Part shown: in pieces, positions 27,766 through 38,538 of the stretch
How the letters are laid out: each line of letters opens with the position of its first letter
How positions within the stretch are numbered: position 1 is the stretch's first letter
From: Candidatus Arcticimaribacter sp.
Lineage (GTDB): Bacteria; Bacteroidota; Bacteroidia; Flavobacteriales; Flavobacteriaceae
NCBI GenBank assembly: GCA_965660155.1
Contig: CBFHYT010000006.1
Coordinates: 1,174 to 65,173 of the forward strand
Length of the DNA: 64,000 nt
Direction: 5' to 3'
Position numbers and translations under genes: made by a program
The notes under the pieces: generated by a model
The model's input: the letters and a program-made list of their open reading frames with translations, nothing else
The model's database searches: none
Told to the model about the DNA's origin: nothing

Positions 27766-28662
27766 ATGAACTGGAAAGAATCGCTCAAGCATTACGAACA
27801 CTACCTCAAAATTGAACGCGGTTTATCGAAGAACTCAATCGCAAGTTATGTTTTAGATGTTCAGGCGTTGATGAATTTTTATTCAGAAAACAACTCTTGT
27901 ACCCCGCTAAATTGCTCAAAAGAGGATGTACAGCACTTTTTATATGAAGAGGCTAAAATTGTTGAGGCAAGTTCTCAAGCACGCCGCATTTCGGGTTTAA
28001 AAAGTTTTTTTAATTTTTTGATTTTTGAGGGATATCGAGAATCATCACCCATAGACCTAATCGAAAGCCCAAAATTGGGACGCAAACTACCAACAGTATT
28101 ATCTTTAGATGAAATCGAGAAAATTCTTAGTATCATTGATTTGGGGAATCCTCTAGGTCATCGAAATAGAGCCATCATTGAAACCCTTTACGGAAGTGGT
28201 TTGCGTGTAAGTGAATTGGTAGAACTCAAAATATCGGATCTCTATTTCAAAGAAAATATGATGCTCATTACTGGGAAAGGAGACAAACAACGTTTGGTTC
28301 CACTGGGAGCTTACGCCAAAAAATACATTAAATACTACAAAAATGAAGTTCGAGTACTTAACAAAATTGACAATGAAGATCGCGACACTCTTTTTCTCAA
28401 TCGGAATGGCAAAAAACTTACTCGTGCGATGATTTTTACCCTTGTAAAACAACTAGCCAAAAAAGCGAACATTGATGAAAAAATAAGTCCCCATACCTTT
28501 CGACATTCTTTTGCAACACATCTTTTGGAAAATGGAGCTGATCTAAGGACAATTCAAACCCTTATGGGACACGAGAGCATTACCACAACCGAGGTTTACA
28601 TGCATTTAGATACCCAACAGCTATCACAAGTTTTAGAAAACTTTCATCCGAGAAATAACTAA
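27766..28662 (+). CDS. xerD: chromosomal site-specific tyrosine recombinase XerD
   Basis: Intact 298 aa; [40 protein letters not shown]-terminal FHPR. Confidence 0.88.
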   Translation: MNWKESLKHYEHYLKIERGLSKNSIASYVLDVQALMNFYSENNSCTPLNCSKEDVQHFLYEEAKIVEASSQARRISGLKSFFNFLIFEGYRESSPIDLIESPKLGRKLPTVLSLDEIEKILSIIDLGNPLGHRNRAIIETLYGSGLRVSELVELKISDLYFKENMMLITGKGDKQRLVPLGAYAKKYIKYYKNEVRVLNKIDNEDRDTLFLNRNGKKLTRAMIFTLVKQLAKKANIDEKISPHTFRHSFATHLLENGADLRTIQTLMGHESITTTEVYMHLDTQQLSQVLENFHPRNN

Positions 28663-29376
28663 TTATTTTGCCAGTACATTTACTACCAAACGAAAGCCTT
28701 CTCCATGAATGTTTAGAATTTCAACATTAGGATCCAGTCGAAGATATTTTCTCAATTTGGCAATGTACACGTCCATACTTCTGGATGTGAAATAATTATC
28801 ATCATTCCAGATTCTGTTCAAAGCGGTTTCTCGCGAGAGTAAATCATTCACGTGTAAGGCTAACAAACGTAAGAGCTGGTTTTCTTTTGGGGATAATTTA
28901 ATGGGGTCATCGTCTTTAAAAGTTAACATTCTCAACTTAGAATTGAAGTCAAATGATCCAATTTTAAAATCAATTTCTTCAGATTCTACATGAGACTGTG
29001 TTACTCTTCTAGACAGAATGGATTTGATTTTCGCAAGCAAAACTTCAGAATCAAATGGTTTTGAAACATAATCGTCAGCTCCCAATTTAAAACCTTTCAA
29101 AACATCTTCTTTTAAGGATTTTGCTGTCAGAAAGATTAATGGTACTTGATCGTTCTTTTCTCGGATCTCTTTCGCCAGTGTAAAACCATCTTTGTAGGGC
29201 ATCATAACATCAAGGAGGCAAAGGTCAAACAGGTCTTTTTTGAACTTCTCGAAACCTTCGATTCCGTTTTTAGCCAAAGTAACTTCATATCCATTTATGG
29301 ATAAGTACTCTTTGAGGATGTTACCAAAGTTTGGATCATCTTCTACTAAGAGTATTTTTTTGTTTTCTACTTTCAT
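28663..29376 (-). CDS. OmpR-family response regulator (RprY-like)
   Basis: LLVEDD, LDVMMP, GADDY, SRSMDVYIAKLRKYL winged helix. Confidence 0.9.
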   Translation of the reverse strand: MKVENKKILLVEDDPNFGNILKEYLSINGYEVTLAKNGIEGFEKFKKDLFDLCLLDVMMPYKDGFTLAKEIREKNDQVPLIFLTAKSLKEDVLKGFKLGADDYVSKPFDSEVLLAKIKSILSRRVTQSHVESEEIDFKIGSFDFNSKLRMLTFKDDDPIKLSPKENQLLRLLALHVNDLLSRETALNRIWNDDNYFTSRSMDVYIAKLRKYLRLDPNVEILNIHGEGFRLVVNVLAK

Positions 29377-29396
29377 AATTAGAAGGTTAATTCAAA

Positions 29397-30992
29397 TTAA
29401 ACACTGATTTTATCGTTTACAAGGGGTAAACGCACCTGGAAGGTTGTACCCCTACCTTTCTCACTTTGTACATGAATCGTGCCATTATGCAATTCAACTA
29501 TTTTTTTTACGTAAGAAAGACCCAAACCATGTCCTTTTATGTTGTGAATATTCCCTCCTTGTTGACGATAAAATTTCTTGAAAATCAATTTCATTGTGTC
29601 AGAATCCATCCCTATTCCATAATCTTTTATTTCAAAAACCCAGCTTTCTTCTTCATTAAAAGTTTTAACTTCAACAAGTGGAGCTTCTAAAGAATACTTT
29701 ATCGCGTTGTCTAAGAGGTTGACAAATACATTCATAAAATGATTTTTATCAACAGCAACATTCTGATCTTCAGCCGTCAACATACTTTTTAAAGTTCCAT
29801 TTTTACTTTTGATAATCAATGCAACATGGCTCATTGCCTCTTCAACAAGAGTATTAATTGCATGAGATTGAACTTCAAGAGGAGTTGAACCGCGGTCCAA
29901 CTGAGAAATCATCAAAACATTTTCAACCTGATCTTGCATTCTTTTATTTTCCTCTCTAAGCATGGTCAGATAACGATCTACCTTTTCGGGATCATTTTTT
30001 ACGCTTTTGTTTGTCAAAGCATCAATTGCCAAATTGATTGTGGCAATTGGAGTTTTGAATTCGTGAGACATATTATTGATGAAATCCGACTTAATTTCAG
30101 AAATCTTTTTTTGTTGTACAATTTCGTAAATCGAATAAGCACAAACAATAATAATTAATAGTGTTAAAGCTAATGAAAGGAGCGTAATTCCAATTATTGA
30201 AGAAGTTAAATAACTGTTTTTTTTAGGGAATGAAACTACCAAATCATAAGTGTTTACTCCTTCATTTTCAAGGAATAACGGGACTGAATATTGAGGCCCT
30301 ATCTGATTTTCGATGTAATTATTTGAACTGACTTTGGTTGCTAAACCATCACTAAAAACTCCAAACTCAAATGGGGTAATAATGTTTCTTTCGATAAAAG
30401 ACCTTTGCAAAATCACTTCCAATTCATAAGAATTTAATCGTTTATGAATAGGGAATGTATTTGCTAAGTCTGAAAAAAAAGCTTTGTAGGTCGCTTGTTC
30501 AAAAGCGTTGATCCGTTCAATGTCTTTTAATTTTTTAATCGACAAAGAAACTCGATTTTCTCGATCAAAGGTTTCTTTTAAGATGGTGGTAGTCCTTACC
30601 CCTTTAAAGTCTTTTAATTTTTTATTCGATTTTGAAACATTATCTAAACTATTTACGGGAACGTTGTACTCCTCTTCTAAAATTCCAAATGCGTGAAGAG
30701 CTGATAAATTTGATGGTGCATCATTATCATAAAACAAAAATACATCTCTAAACTCTGAGGTCTCGGGAGAACCAGCAGAATCAATTACGGTTTCGAACTG
30801 ATCAAAATAATAACGAAGCTCACGCACTTGAACTTCTTCCGCAACAGAACTAAGCGCCTGTCTTACCGTAAGAGAAAACTCTTCTTCAATATTTTTCATT
30901 GAAGTGTAAATCCAATACCCTTGAATAAAAATAATCCCAGAAAGGGAAAAAAGCATGAATATTACCAGAGATAAAAATTGTTTTTTTTTCAT
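29397..30992 (-). CDS. sensor histidine kinase (RprX-like)
   Basis: Two TM segments, H-box NMSHEFKTP, NLLDNAIKY, DYGIGM, GHGLGLS; ATG 30992. Confidence 0.9.
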   Translation of the reverse strand: MKKKQFLSLVIFMLFSLSGIIFIQGYWIYTSMKNIEEEFSLTVRQALSSVAEEVQVRELRYYFDQFETVIDSAGSPETSEFRDVFLFYDNDAPSNLSALHAFGILEEEYNVPVNSLDNVSKSNKKLKDFKGVRTTTILKETFDRENRVSLSIKKLKDIERINAFEQATYKAFFSDLANTFPIHKRLNSYELEVILQRSFIERNIITPFEFGVFSDGLATKVSSNNYIENQIGPQYSVPLFLENEGVNTYDLVVSFPKKNSYLTSSIIGITLLSLALTLLIIIVCAYSIYEIVQQKKISEIKSDFINNMSHEFKTPIATINLAIDALTNKSVKNDPEKVDRYLTMLREENKRMQDQVENVLMISQLDRGSTPLEVQSHAINTLVEEAMSHVALIIKSKNGTLKSMLTAEDQNVAVDKNHFMNVFVNLLDNAIKYSLEAPLVEVKTFNEEESWVFEIKDYGIGMDSDTMKLIFKKFYRQQGGNIHNIKGHGLGLSYVKKIVELHNGTIHVQSEKGRGTTFQVRLPLVNDKISV

Positions 30993-31059
30993 TTGAAAAA
31001 ATTGTTTTGCACACCACAAATTTAACTCAATTTAATGAAAAATAGCTGAAACAAAGCAG

Positions 31060-31647
31060 TTAAAGGTTTTGAAGTAATTTTTGATGCAACACATCAATTT
31101 TAGTTAAAGTATCCTCCCATTTAATGTTTTCAATGTGGTAGTCTGCTAAAGGAATTTTCTTTTCATCTGCCCATTGTTTTGACATGCGACTTTTTATCGC
31201 ATCTACCGTAGAATGATCTCGTGCCAAAACACGTTCTATTCGAGTTTCCATGGGAGCAGTAACCAAGATCACTTCATCACATTGCTCTGCTCCACCACTT
31301 TCAAACAAAATAGCTGCTTCCTTTATGACATATGAGGAATTTTGCTCGCTAATCCATTCCGAGAAGTCTTGTGCAACAGCTGGGTGGACAAGAGCGTTAA
31401 GCAAGACTAAACGATCCATATCCTTAAAAACAAGGTTAGAAATAAACTCTCTATTAAGCTTATCATCTGCATAACTTTGTGGTCCAAAATTTTCAAGAAT
31501 TGCATTTCGAAGACTTGTACTAGAATTCATCAATTCTTTAGCTCGATCATCTGCAATGTAACATGGCACTCCAAGTTCAGCAAAACGCCCCGCTATCCGC
31601 GATTTTCCACTACCAATACCTCCCGTTAATCCAACAATTCTAGGCAT
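31060..31647 (-). CDS. coaE: dephospho-CoA kinase
   Basis: GLTGGIGSGKS, EAAILFE; ATG 31647. Confidence 0.94.
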   Translation of the reverse strand: MPRIVGLTGGIGSGKSRIAGRFAELGVPCYIADDRAKELMNSSTSLRNAILENFGPQSYADDKLNREFISNLVFKDMDRLVLLNALVHPAVAQDFSEWISEQNSSYVIKEAAILFESGGAEQCDEVILVTAPMETRIERVLARDHSTVDAIKSRMSKQWADEKKIPLADYHIENIKWEDTLTKIDVLHQKLLQNL

Positions 31648-31649
31648 AA

Positions 31650-32618
31650 CTATTTGCGAATTAAGTATTCTACTTCTTTTGGACTCCATCGAATGTTTTG
31701 GAGAAGATCTGGAGCTTGAATCAATTGCAAATTCATCTTTAAATCTTCTTTTCTTAAATTGTTGAAATCGGAAGAAATAACGAAGTCATTGGCATCGATA
31801 GTCTTAATTTTTGAAAGACTAGCAGAAAAAACAACTTCAACATCTGCAGGAAACAATTTCAAAGCTATGGAGTCAGGAACATTTAATAATCGAATGGGAA
31901 CCTTAAGGGAGGTTTCTGAAAATCGATCAACAATAGCTTTGAGAGTAACGGTGGATTCTGAAAACTCCAACTGATTTGACAGTGGATTTACGAGTTTGAA
32001 TTGATCTGTAAAAGATTTTTTAATTTTTGATTTTTGCTCCGTGTTGAGATAAACTTCTTTTAAAGCATCCAAGATAATAGAGGCTCCGATGACATTAATG
32101 CTATCGGGAATAAATTGAAGAGGTTCGGAAATTCCAAAGCCTGCCGATAAATCTAGATTGTTTTGAAGAGCAACAGCTAAACGTTTGTTGCTCAGTTGGG
32201 TGTATTCAAAACTTACAGTATTAGGAAAAATAGAATTGATAACCAAAGACCCAAAAAGCTGATCTTGAATTTCTTGTTGACTTAACTCCAATGAAAGAGT
32301 AGCAATTCCATCATCAAAAGCACCTTTTCTTGAGTCTAAAACTAATTTAGTTCCCAAAATTTTATAAAAAAACAGTTGAAAACCTGAAGCTGTCAAGGTT
32401 AATTGAATCTCCGAGGAAGTGTCTGATGTAGGTACTACCCCAGCTGGATATTCATTAAAGCTTACCTCTAAAGGAAGTACCTCTGTGTATTGATTAGAAA
32501 ACTTAGTAGTTAACCAAAATATGAATGAAAGCGACAGAAAAATTAAAAAAGAACGTGACCTGCCTCTTTCCAAAGAAAAATCTTGAAGTGCATGGAGAAA
32601 AGGAAATCGCTGTTCCAT
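31650..32618 (-). CDS. YbbR/CdaR-like domain membrane protein
   Basis: N-terminal TM (FLIFLSLSFIFWL) and beta-rich repeats; conserved position upstream of coaE. Confidence 0.65.
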   Translation of the reverse strand: MEQRFPFLHALQDFSLERGRSRSFLIFLSLSFIFWLTTKFSNQYTEVLPLEVSFNEYPAGVVPTSDTSSEIQLTLTASGFQLFFYKILGTKLVLDSRKGAFDDGIATLSLELSQQEIQDQLFGSLVINSIFPNTVSFEYTQLSNKRLAVALQNNLDLSAGFGISEPLQFIPDSINVIGASIILDALKEVYLNTEQKSKIKKSFTDQFKLVNPLSNQLEFSESTVTLKAIVDRFSETSLKVPIRLLNVPDSIALKLFPADVEVVFSASLSKIKTIDANDFVISSDFNNLRKEDLKMNLQLIQAPDLLQNIRWSPKEVEYLIRK

Positions 32619-32627
32619 AATTTAAAA

Positions 32628-33443
32628 CTATTCTTTTTGAAGCATATCAATAATATCTTGACTTACCCCTGTATTTGAAAATCCACCATCATGAAATAAA
32701 TTTTGCATAGTAACTTTTCGAGTAAAATCAGAAAACATCATTACAGTGTAATCAGCACATTCTTTTGCTGATGCATTGCCCAGAGGAGACATCTTTTCTG
32801 CATAGTTTAGAAATCCATCTAAACCTTCGACCCCCTGCCCTGCTGTGGTTAAGGTAGGAGACTGAGAAATGGTATTCACACGAACTTGTTTGTCTTTACC
32901 CATAAAATAGCCAAAGCTTCTCGCAATAGATTCAAGATAAGCCTTATTGTCTGCCATATCATTGTAGTTAGGAAACGTTCTTTGAGCTGCAATGTAAGTT
33001 AGAGCAACAATACTTCCTCCAGGTTTCATAGCATCCTTTTTGTACAATGTTTGTAGCAATTTATGAAAAGAAACTGCAGAAACATCCCATCCTTTGGTCA
33101 TCCAATCGTGGTTTAGATCGGTGTACTGCTTTCCTTTTCTAACATTTACAGACATTCCAATAGAATGCAATACAAAATCTAAAGGCCCTCCTAAATGAGT
33201 CACAGCTTGATCGATCAAATCTTCAAGATCTTTGATTGATGTTGCATCTGCAGGTATTACTGGTGCGTCAATTTTCGCTGCTAAGTTATTGATTGTTCCC
33301 ATTCGAAGCGCAACGGGGGCATTAGTCAACACGATTTGTCCTCCTTGTTCGTGAACACTTTCGGCAGTTTTCCATGCGATTGATTGGTTGTCTAGTGCTC
33401 CAAAAATGATTCCTTTTTTCCCAGCTAGAAGTTGATGAGACAT
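32628..33443 (-). CDS. fabI: enoyl-ACP reductase
   Basis: GKKGIIFGA…SIAW, LHSIGMS, YNDMADNKAYLES, RVNTISQSP; ATG 33443. Confidence 0.92.
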   Translation of the reverse strand: MSHQLLAGKKGIIFGALDNQSIAWKTAESVHEQGGQIVLTNAPVALRMGTINNLAAKIDAPVIPADATSIKDLEDLIDQAVTHLGGPLDFVLHSIGMSVNVRKGKQYTDLNHDWMTKGWDVSAVSFHKLLQTLYKKDAMKPGGSIVALTYIAAQRTFPNYNDMADNKAYLESIARSFGYFMGKDKQVRVNTISQSPTLTTAGQGVEGLDGFLNYAEKMSPLGNASAKECADYTVMMFSDFTRKVTMQNLFHDGGFSNTGVSQDIIDMLQKE

Positions 33444-33480
33444 ATTTAATTGTTTTGATTTATAAAAAAGCAAAGATAGG

Positions 33481-35133
33481 TTAATTCAATAATTCTTTGG
33501 CGTGTTGAATTGCAGTTTCAGAAATTTCTTCACCTCCAAGCATTTGGGCAACTTCCTGAATGCGTTCGGTAGGGTTTAATTTTTTTAGCTGGGTAAAAGT
33601 ACTTTCATTTTTAAATTCTTTAAAAACCTTAAAATGATGTGATCCCTTAGCAGCAACTTGAGGTAAATGAGAAATAGTCACGACCTGCATGTACTGACTC
33701 ATTTGATGCATTACCTCAGCAATTTTGTAAGAAATCTCCCCAGAAACACCAGTGTCAATTTCATCAAATATTATGGTAGGTAATGTTTTGAAACGAGACA
33801 ATATCGCCTTGATTGAAAGCATAATACGTGATAATTCTCCTCCAGACGCTATTTTCTTTAACGTCCCAAAATTGGATCCTTGATTTGCTGAAAACTCAAG
33901 AATAAGCTCGTCTTTTCCGTGAGACAAAAAGCGATCACTTGGAGAAAGATTAATCTTGAAACGTGCATTAGGCATTCCCAAGTGCTCCAAAAGAGATTCA
34001 AGTTCTTCAGTAAAAGAAGGTAGGGTACTTTTTCTATTATTTGACAGACTCTCAGTTAATTCATGAAGTTCTTGTTCCAACTGATTGATCTCTTTATCTA
34101 ATACAATTAAGTCTTGTTCGAGTGTGGCTGTTGAATCAACTTTTTTTTCCAAATTCTCTTTTATGGAAATAAGTTCTTCTATGGATTGACATTGATGCTT
34201 CGATTGAAGATCATAAATTTTTTTTAAAGAACTTTGAACAAGCTCTAAGCGTTCAGGGTTGGCCTCTATTTGCTCCGATTTAAACTGAATGTCTTGGTTC
34301 AAGTCAGTTAGTTCTATTTTTAAACTTTCCAAACGATCAAACAAAGGCAAAAGTTTCTCTGATAAAGAAGATACTTTGAGCAAGGCTGACCGAATTTCAT
34401 TCACCTGAACTTCAACACCCATCTGTTCTTCTTCAATTATTTGATTGGCCTTAACCAAATTGGTGATTATTTCCTCAGCATTAACCAATTCTTGCTCTTC
34501 TTCTTCTAGTGGAGCTAACATGCCTACTTCAAGAGCAGCATCGTTCAGCTCTTCCAAAAGAAAACTTGTGTAATCTAAATCTTGTTTCTGAGAATCTTGT
34601 AAAGCATTTAGTTCAACTAACCGCTTCTGCAAGTTTTTGTAGGTATTCAACTTGATTTGGTACGTTTTTAAAAGCTCTTTATTTTCAGCCAAAGCATCTA
34701 AAACTTCCAATTGATAGTCCGACTGTGTGAGCGATAAGGTTTGATGTTGGGAGTGAACATCAATCAATTCTTGCCCCAAACGCTGAAGTACATCTAAGTT
34801 TACTGGACTGTCGTTGATGAATGCTCTAGACTTCCCTGAGGGCAATATCTCTCTTCGAATAAACGAAATCGAATCATAGTCCAAGTCCAATTCTTCAAAC
34901 AATTGTTCAAGTTGATATTCTTTGATAGAAAAGGTTGCTTCCACAAAACACTTCTCATCAGGGTTTTTAAGTGTGGATAAATCCGCCCTTTTACCTAAAA
35001 TTAGTCCAAGCCCACCCAACAAGATTGACTTTCCAGCTCCAGTCTCTCCAGTAATACTAGTCATTCCTTCTGAGAAATTTACCTCCAGATGATCTATTAA
35101 TGCGAAATTTTTTATTACCAGTCCAGTGAGCAC
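33481..35133 (-). CDS. recN: DNA repair protein RecN
   Basis: GETGAGKS, coiled coil, ASGGELSR, FDEIDTG; GTG start. Confidence 0.96.
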   Translation of the reverse strand: MLTGLVIKNFALIDHLEVNFSEGMTSITGETGAGKSILLGGLGLILGKRADLSTLKNPDEKCFVEATFSIKEYQLEQLFEELDLDYDSISFIRREILPSGKSRAFINDSPVNLDVLQRLGQELIDVHSQHQTLSLTQSDYQLEVLDALAENKELLKTYQIKLNTYKNLQKRLVELNALQDSQKQDLDYTSFLLEELNDAALEVGMLAPLEEEEQELVNAEEIITNLVKANQIIEEEQMGVEVQVNEIRSALLKVSSLSEKLLPLFDRLESLKIELTDLNQDIQFKSEQIEANPERLELVQSSLKKIYDLQSKHQCQSIEELISIKENLEKKVDSTATLEQDLIVLDKEINQLEQELHELTESLSNNRKSTLPSFTEELESLLEHLGMPNARFKINLSPSDRFLSHGKDELILEFSANQGSNFGTLKKIASGGELSRIMLSIKAILSRFKTLPTIIFDEIDTGVSGEISYKIAEVMHQMSQYMQVVTISHLPQVAAKGSHHFKVFKEFKNESTFTQLKKLNPTERIQEVAQMLGGEEISETAIQHAKELLN

Positions 35134-35195
35134 TTTAATTGCAGTTTGTGAAGTTCAAATATAAATTACATCCTCCCTAATTTCAAGTAAATTGG

Positions 35196-36086
35196 TTAGT
35201 ATTTGATGCGTTTCCACTTTGGACCAAAAAAAGGAGCAATTTTATTAAGTAAATTCAAGGTTTTTTGAAAATCAACCTCAGGTCCGTCCGAAAAAATATC
35301 TACAATTTCATCTGACTTCGCATCAAAAAATATTTGATTTAAAAAAGCATTGGGACGCCTGGAGAACAAACGATTGAGACTTTCAATTGAACTCATAATA
35401 TTTTGCTTTGCTGTAACAGGGTCTTCTGTCATCATGTCAAGCCCCAAGCGATGATACCCATACATAGCTGTTCTGTATTCTCTGAAAGTATTTGATGATA
35501 GGTTGTCTATTAACCAATATCGATTACGATTTCCATCAGCTTGATTCCATCCTTTTTTTTGGTTTTGATTTGTCAAGTTGAGAATTTGTTGGGCTACTCC
35601 ATAAAAAACACTTCCTCCTCTTTCTTCAAAAGTATCTGCTTCCATACCCAAACTGATGAAAGCATAAAAACTTAACAAAGAAATTAAGTTTGATTCGTAG
35701 GTTGATGTATTGTAAAAAAGGGGCTGATATTCTTGATAACTGAAACTAATGTCTTTGTCCAGATAATTTAAAATTGGGGTTTTGAAATTGGTATTGTAAA
35801 CGGGGCGCTGAATCTGCACTTGAAGGGTTCCTTCGAATTGAGTATTGTTGTAACCCGTAAGGTTCAATACCATACTGCAATCTAGCTTTTCTTCATTTGA
35901 TCGCTCTTGATTTGTCCATGCTCTGTTGTTCATGAACTCATTGATACTTTGTTCTAAGGTCTTGAATATTTGTTGGTTGGTCTGATTCACCAAATCGGAA
36001 TTGACAGTAAGCTGGAAATTAATTTCCTGAGCTACACCAATAAAACCAATTAAAAAAAAGAAGGCGAAATTAAAATAGTTTTTCAT
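35196..36086 (-). CDS. DUF4835 family exported protein (PorD-like, T9SS-associated)
   Basis: Signal peptide then AQE; YHRLGLD and FFDAKSDE motifs; position between coaBC and recN. Confidence 0.75.
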   Translation of the reverse strand: MKNYFNFAFFFLIGFIGVAQEINFQLTVNSDLVNQTNQQIFKTLEQSINEFMNNRAWTNQERSNEEKLDCSMVLNLTGYNNTQFEGTLQVQIQRPVYNTNFKTPILNYLDKDISFSYQEYQPLFYNTSTYESNLISLLSFYAFISLGMEADTFEERGGSVFYGVAQQILNLTNQNQKKGWNQADGNRNRYWLIDNLSSNTFREYRTAMYGYHRLGLDMMTEDPVTAKQNIMSSIESLNRLFSRRPNAFLNQIFFDAKSDEIVDIFSDGPEVDFQKTLNLLNKIAPFFGPKWKRIKY

Positions 36087-37287
36087 GAGCTTCAAGGATT
36101 TGATCAAAAATATCGATTGCAACCTCAGTTTTTGATTTCAATTCAAATGAAAGAGGTGCTTTATTGGGTTGAATGTAGGTAATTTTATTCTGATCACCTC
36201 CAAAACCTGCATGCGCATCATTTAAAGAGTTCAATACGATCGCATCTAGATTTTTTTTCTTTAATTTTTCAGATGCATTTTCTAATTCATTTTCTGTTTC
36301 TAAAGCAAAACCAACTAAAAACTGGTTCTTTTTAGTAGATCCCAGATGAGCTAAAATATCGGGGGTAGGCACCAAGTTTATTAGATTAAAACCTGTTCCC
36401 TTTTTTATTTTTTGACGGGCATTTGTTTCTGGCTTAAAGTCAGCAACGGCTGCAGATGCAATAAAAATATCTGCATCCTCAAAATGCAGTTTAGCATTTT
36501 CAAACATCTGGTCTGCAGTAACAACAGAAAGTAGCTTTACACTTGTATTTTTTATGTTGATAGCCGAAGGACCCGATATGAGAATAACGTTAGCTCCCAG
36601 TTCAACAGCTCTTTTAGCAAGTTCAAATCCCATTTTACCTGATGAATTGTTTCCTATGAATCGAACGGGGTCAATCGGTTCATAAGTTGGTCCAGCGGTA
36701 AGAACTACTTTTTTTCCAAATAAAGGAAGTGTCTTGCTTATGTGGTTTTCCATGTAAGCAAGAATATCTGTAGGCTCTGGCATACGCCCTTTACCTTCTA
36801 GACCACTTGCCAAAAAGCCTTCCTCTGTAGGAAGTACAATTACATTATTTTTGGAAAGAGTACTAAGGTTCTTTTGATTTGCTGGATGCGAAAACATATC
36901 CAAATCCATTGCAGGAGCAACAAAAACTGGACATTGAGAGGACAAGTAAGTTGCCAATACAATATTATTGCAACGAGCATGAGCCATTGAAGAAAGTGTA
37001 TTGGATGTAGCTGGGGCAATTAAAAAATAATCTGCCCATAACGCCAGTTCTACATGATTATTCCAGGTTGGATTATCATGATCTTCAGCAATTAAGGAGG
37101 AGTGTACAGGGTTTTGAGAAACAGTAGCTAAAGTCAGAGGAGTAACAAAGTCTTTTGATGCTGGAGTCATAACAATTCTAACTTCTGCTCCTTGTTTGAT
37201 AAAAGCTCGTACGAGCTCAGGAGTTTTGTAGGCAGCTATTCCTCCTGAGATTCCCAAGAGAATCTTCTTCCCTCTGAACAAAGACAT
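36070..37287 (-). CDS. coaBC: phosphopantothenoylcysteine decarboxylase/ligase
   Basis: GGIAAYK, APAMDLDM, TAGPTYEPIDPVRFIGNNSSGKMG, GFALET; ATG 37287. Confidence 0.96.
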   Translation of the reverse strand: MSLFRGKKILLGISGGIAAYKTPELVRAFIKQGAEVRIVMTPASKDFVTPLTLATVSQNPVHSSLIAEDHDNPTWNNHVELALWADYFLIAPATSNTLSSMAHARCNNIVLATYLSSQCPVFVAPAMDLDMFSHPANQKNLSTLSKNNVIVLPTEEGFLASGLEGKGRMPEPTDILAYMENHISKTLPLFGKKVVLTAGPTYEPIDPVRFIGNNSSGKMGFELAKRAVELGANVILISGPSAINIKNTSVKLLSVVTADQMFENAKLHFEDADIFIASAAVADFKPETNARQKIKKGTGFNLINLVPTPDILAHLGSTKKNQFLVGFALETENELENASEKLKKKNLDAIVLNSLNDAHAGFGGDQNKITYIQPNKAPLSFELKSKTEVAIDIFDQILEAHEKLF

Positions 37288-37292
37288 AAGCT

Positions 37293-37613
37293 TTATTCTT
37301 CTGTATTGCGGTGGTAAACACGGTTTTGAAGCCACTCTTCCACTGCTAGTGCATGTGGTTTGGGTAGGCTTTCATAAAACTTTGAAACTTCGATTTGTTC
37401 CTTGTTTTCAAAAATCTCTTCTAGACTATCATTATGAGTTGCAAATTCCTCAAGTTTTTCGTGCAATTCTTTTTTGATGTCTAAATTGATTTGCATTGAA
37501 CGTTTAGCGATTATCGATAAAGCCTCATAGATGTTTTTTGTTTCCGCTTCAACTTCATTCTTATCATAAGTTGTAGTAGAAATTGGCGCATGTGATTTTC
37601 TGTACTTTGTCAT
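37293..37613 (-). CDS. rpoZ: RNA polymerase omega subunit
   Basis: NIYEALSIIAKRS, EQIEVSKFYE..PKP; bamD-rpoZ-coaBC order typical of Bacteroidota. Confidence 0.85.
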   Translation of the reverse strand: MTKYRKSHAPISTTTYDKNEVEAETKNIYEALSIIAKRSMQINLDIKKELHEKLEEFATHNDSLEEIFENKEQIEVSKFYESLPKPHALAVEEWLQNRVYHRNTEE

Positions 37614-37619
37614 CTTAAC

Positions 37620-38444
37620 TTATTTAGTGGTGATTGTGGATTGATCAACTTGATTCAACTCTTTTTCTATTTTTTTAAATTTTTCGTCTAATTCTTCCAT
37701 GAATAAGGTCTCTGGAAAATATCGCAAGAGAGTATTCCCAATTTCTTGCGCACCATCAAGGCGTTCTTTCTTTTTAGTAAAGATACTATTTACTGCTAAT
37801 TCGTAATTGGAAAGGAATTTATGATACAATGCGTCTTCTTTGAATTGAGTTCCGGGGTAATCGTTAAGTAAATTATCAAAGGAGTTCATTGCTGCTTTGT
37901 AATCTCGAATTGTGTAATATTGTTTTGAGATTTCAAAAAACTTTTTCTCTAGTTTCACTTGTAACTCAGCTATCAAGGTGTTTGCCTCCTCACTAAACTC
38001 ACTTGTGGGATAATTGTCAAGAAATATCTGAAGTTTGTCTATGGCCTTATTAGTGTCTTGCTGATCCAAACTATACTTCGGTGAGAGCATGTAGTACGAC
38101 TTGGCTGCTAAAAAAGTTGCTTCTTGGATTCGGTCGCTTTTGGGGTAAGACTTTACAAAGCTTTCAAATTGATATGCAGCAAGATTGTAGTCCTTTAGCT
38201 GGAAATAAGTGTTTGCATAAAAGAAAACAATTCTCTGAGCTTGAGGTTTCCCTCTAAATGAGGGCGTTATTTGTTCGAAAAGACGATTTGCTTTTCGATA
38301 ATCTCCTGAATCGTAGTATTTTTCAGCAGCTTTGTACTTGGTGTTCACATCGGTATTGTTCAATAATTTTTGGTATTCACTACAACTCGTAAATGAAATC
38401 AATAACACAAAAACTAAGGCCGATTTGATGGTTTTTAAAAACAT
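37620..38444 (-). CDS. bamD: outer membrane protein assembly factor BamD
   Basis: Lipobox FTSC, TPR repeats, LDQQDT…YPTSEF. Confidence 0.9.
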   Translation of the reverse strand: MFLKTIKSALVFVLLISFTSCSEYQKLLNNTDVNTKYKAAEKYYDSGDYRKANRLFEQITPSFRGKPQAQRIVFFYANTYFQLKDYNLAAYQFESFVKSYPKSDRIQEATFLAAKSYYMLSPKYSLDQQDTNKAIDKLQIFLDNYPTSEFSEEANTLIAELQVKLEKKFFEISKQYYTIRDYKAAMNSFDNLLNDYPGTQFKEDALYHKFLSNYELAVNSIFTKKKERLDGAQEIGNTLLRYFPETLFMEELDEKFKKIEKELNQVDQSTITTK

Positions 38445-38538
38445 GATGCAAAAATACTAAAATTTAATCAATGTGAGCTAGTGAAATTCAAATGTAACCT
38501 CTAAAAAAAAAGAGTCCGTGTTTTTATCAAAACTTTAA

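Noticed and set aside
27766-28662. xerD as the recombinase of the adjacent island
   Set aside because: It is an ordinary intact chromosomal XerD (FHPR tail) separated from the island by aroQ.
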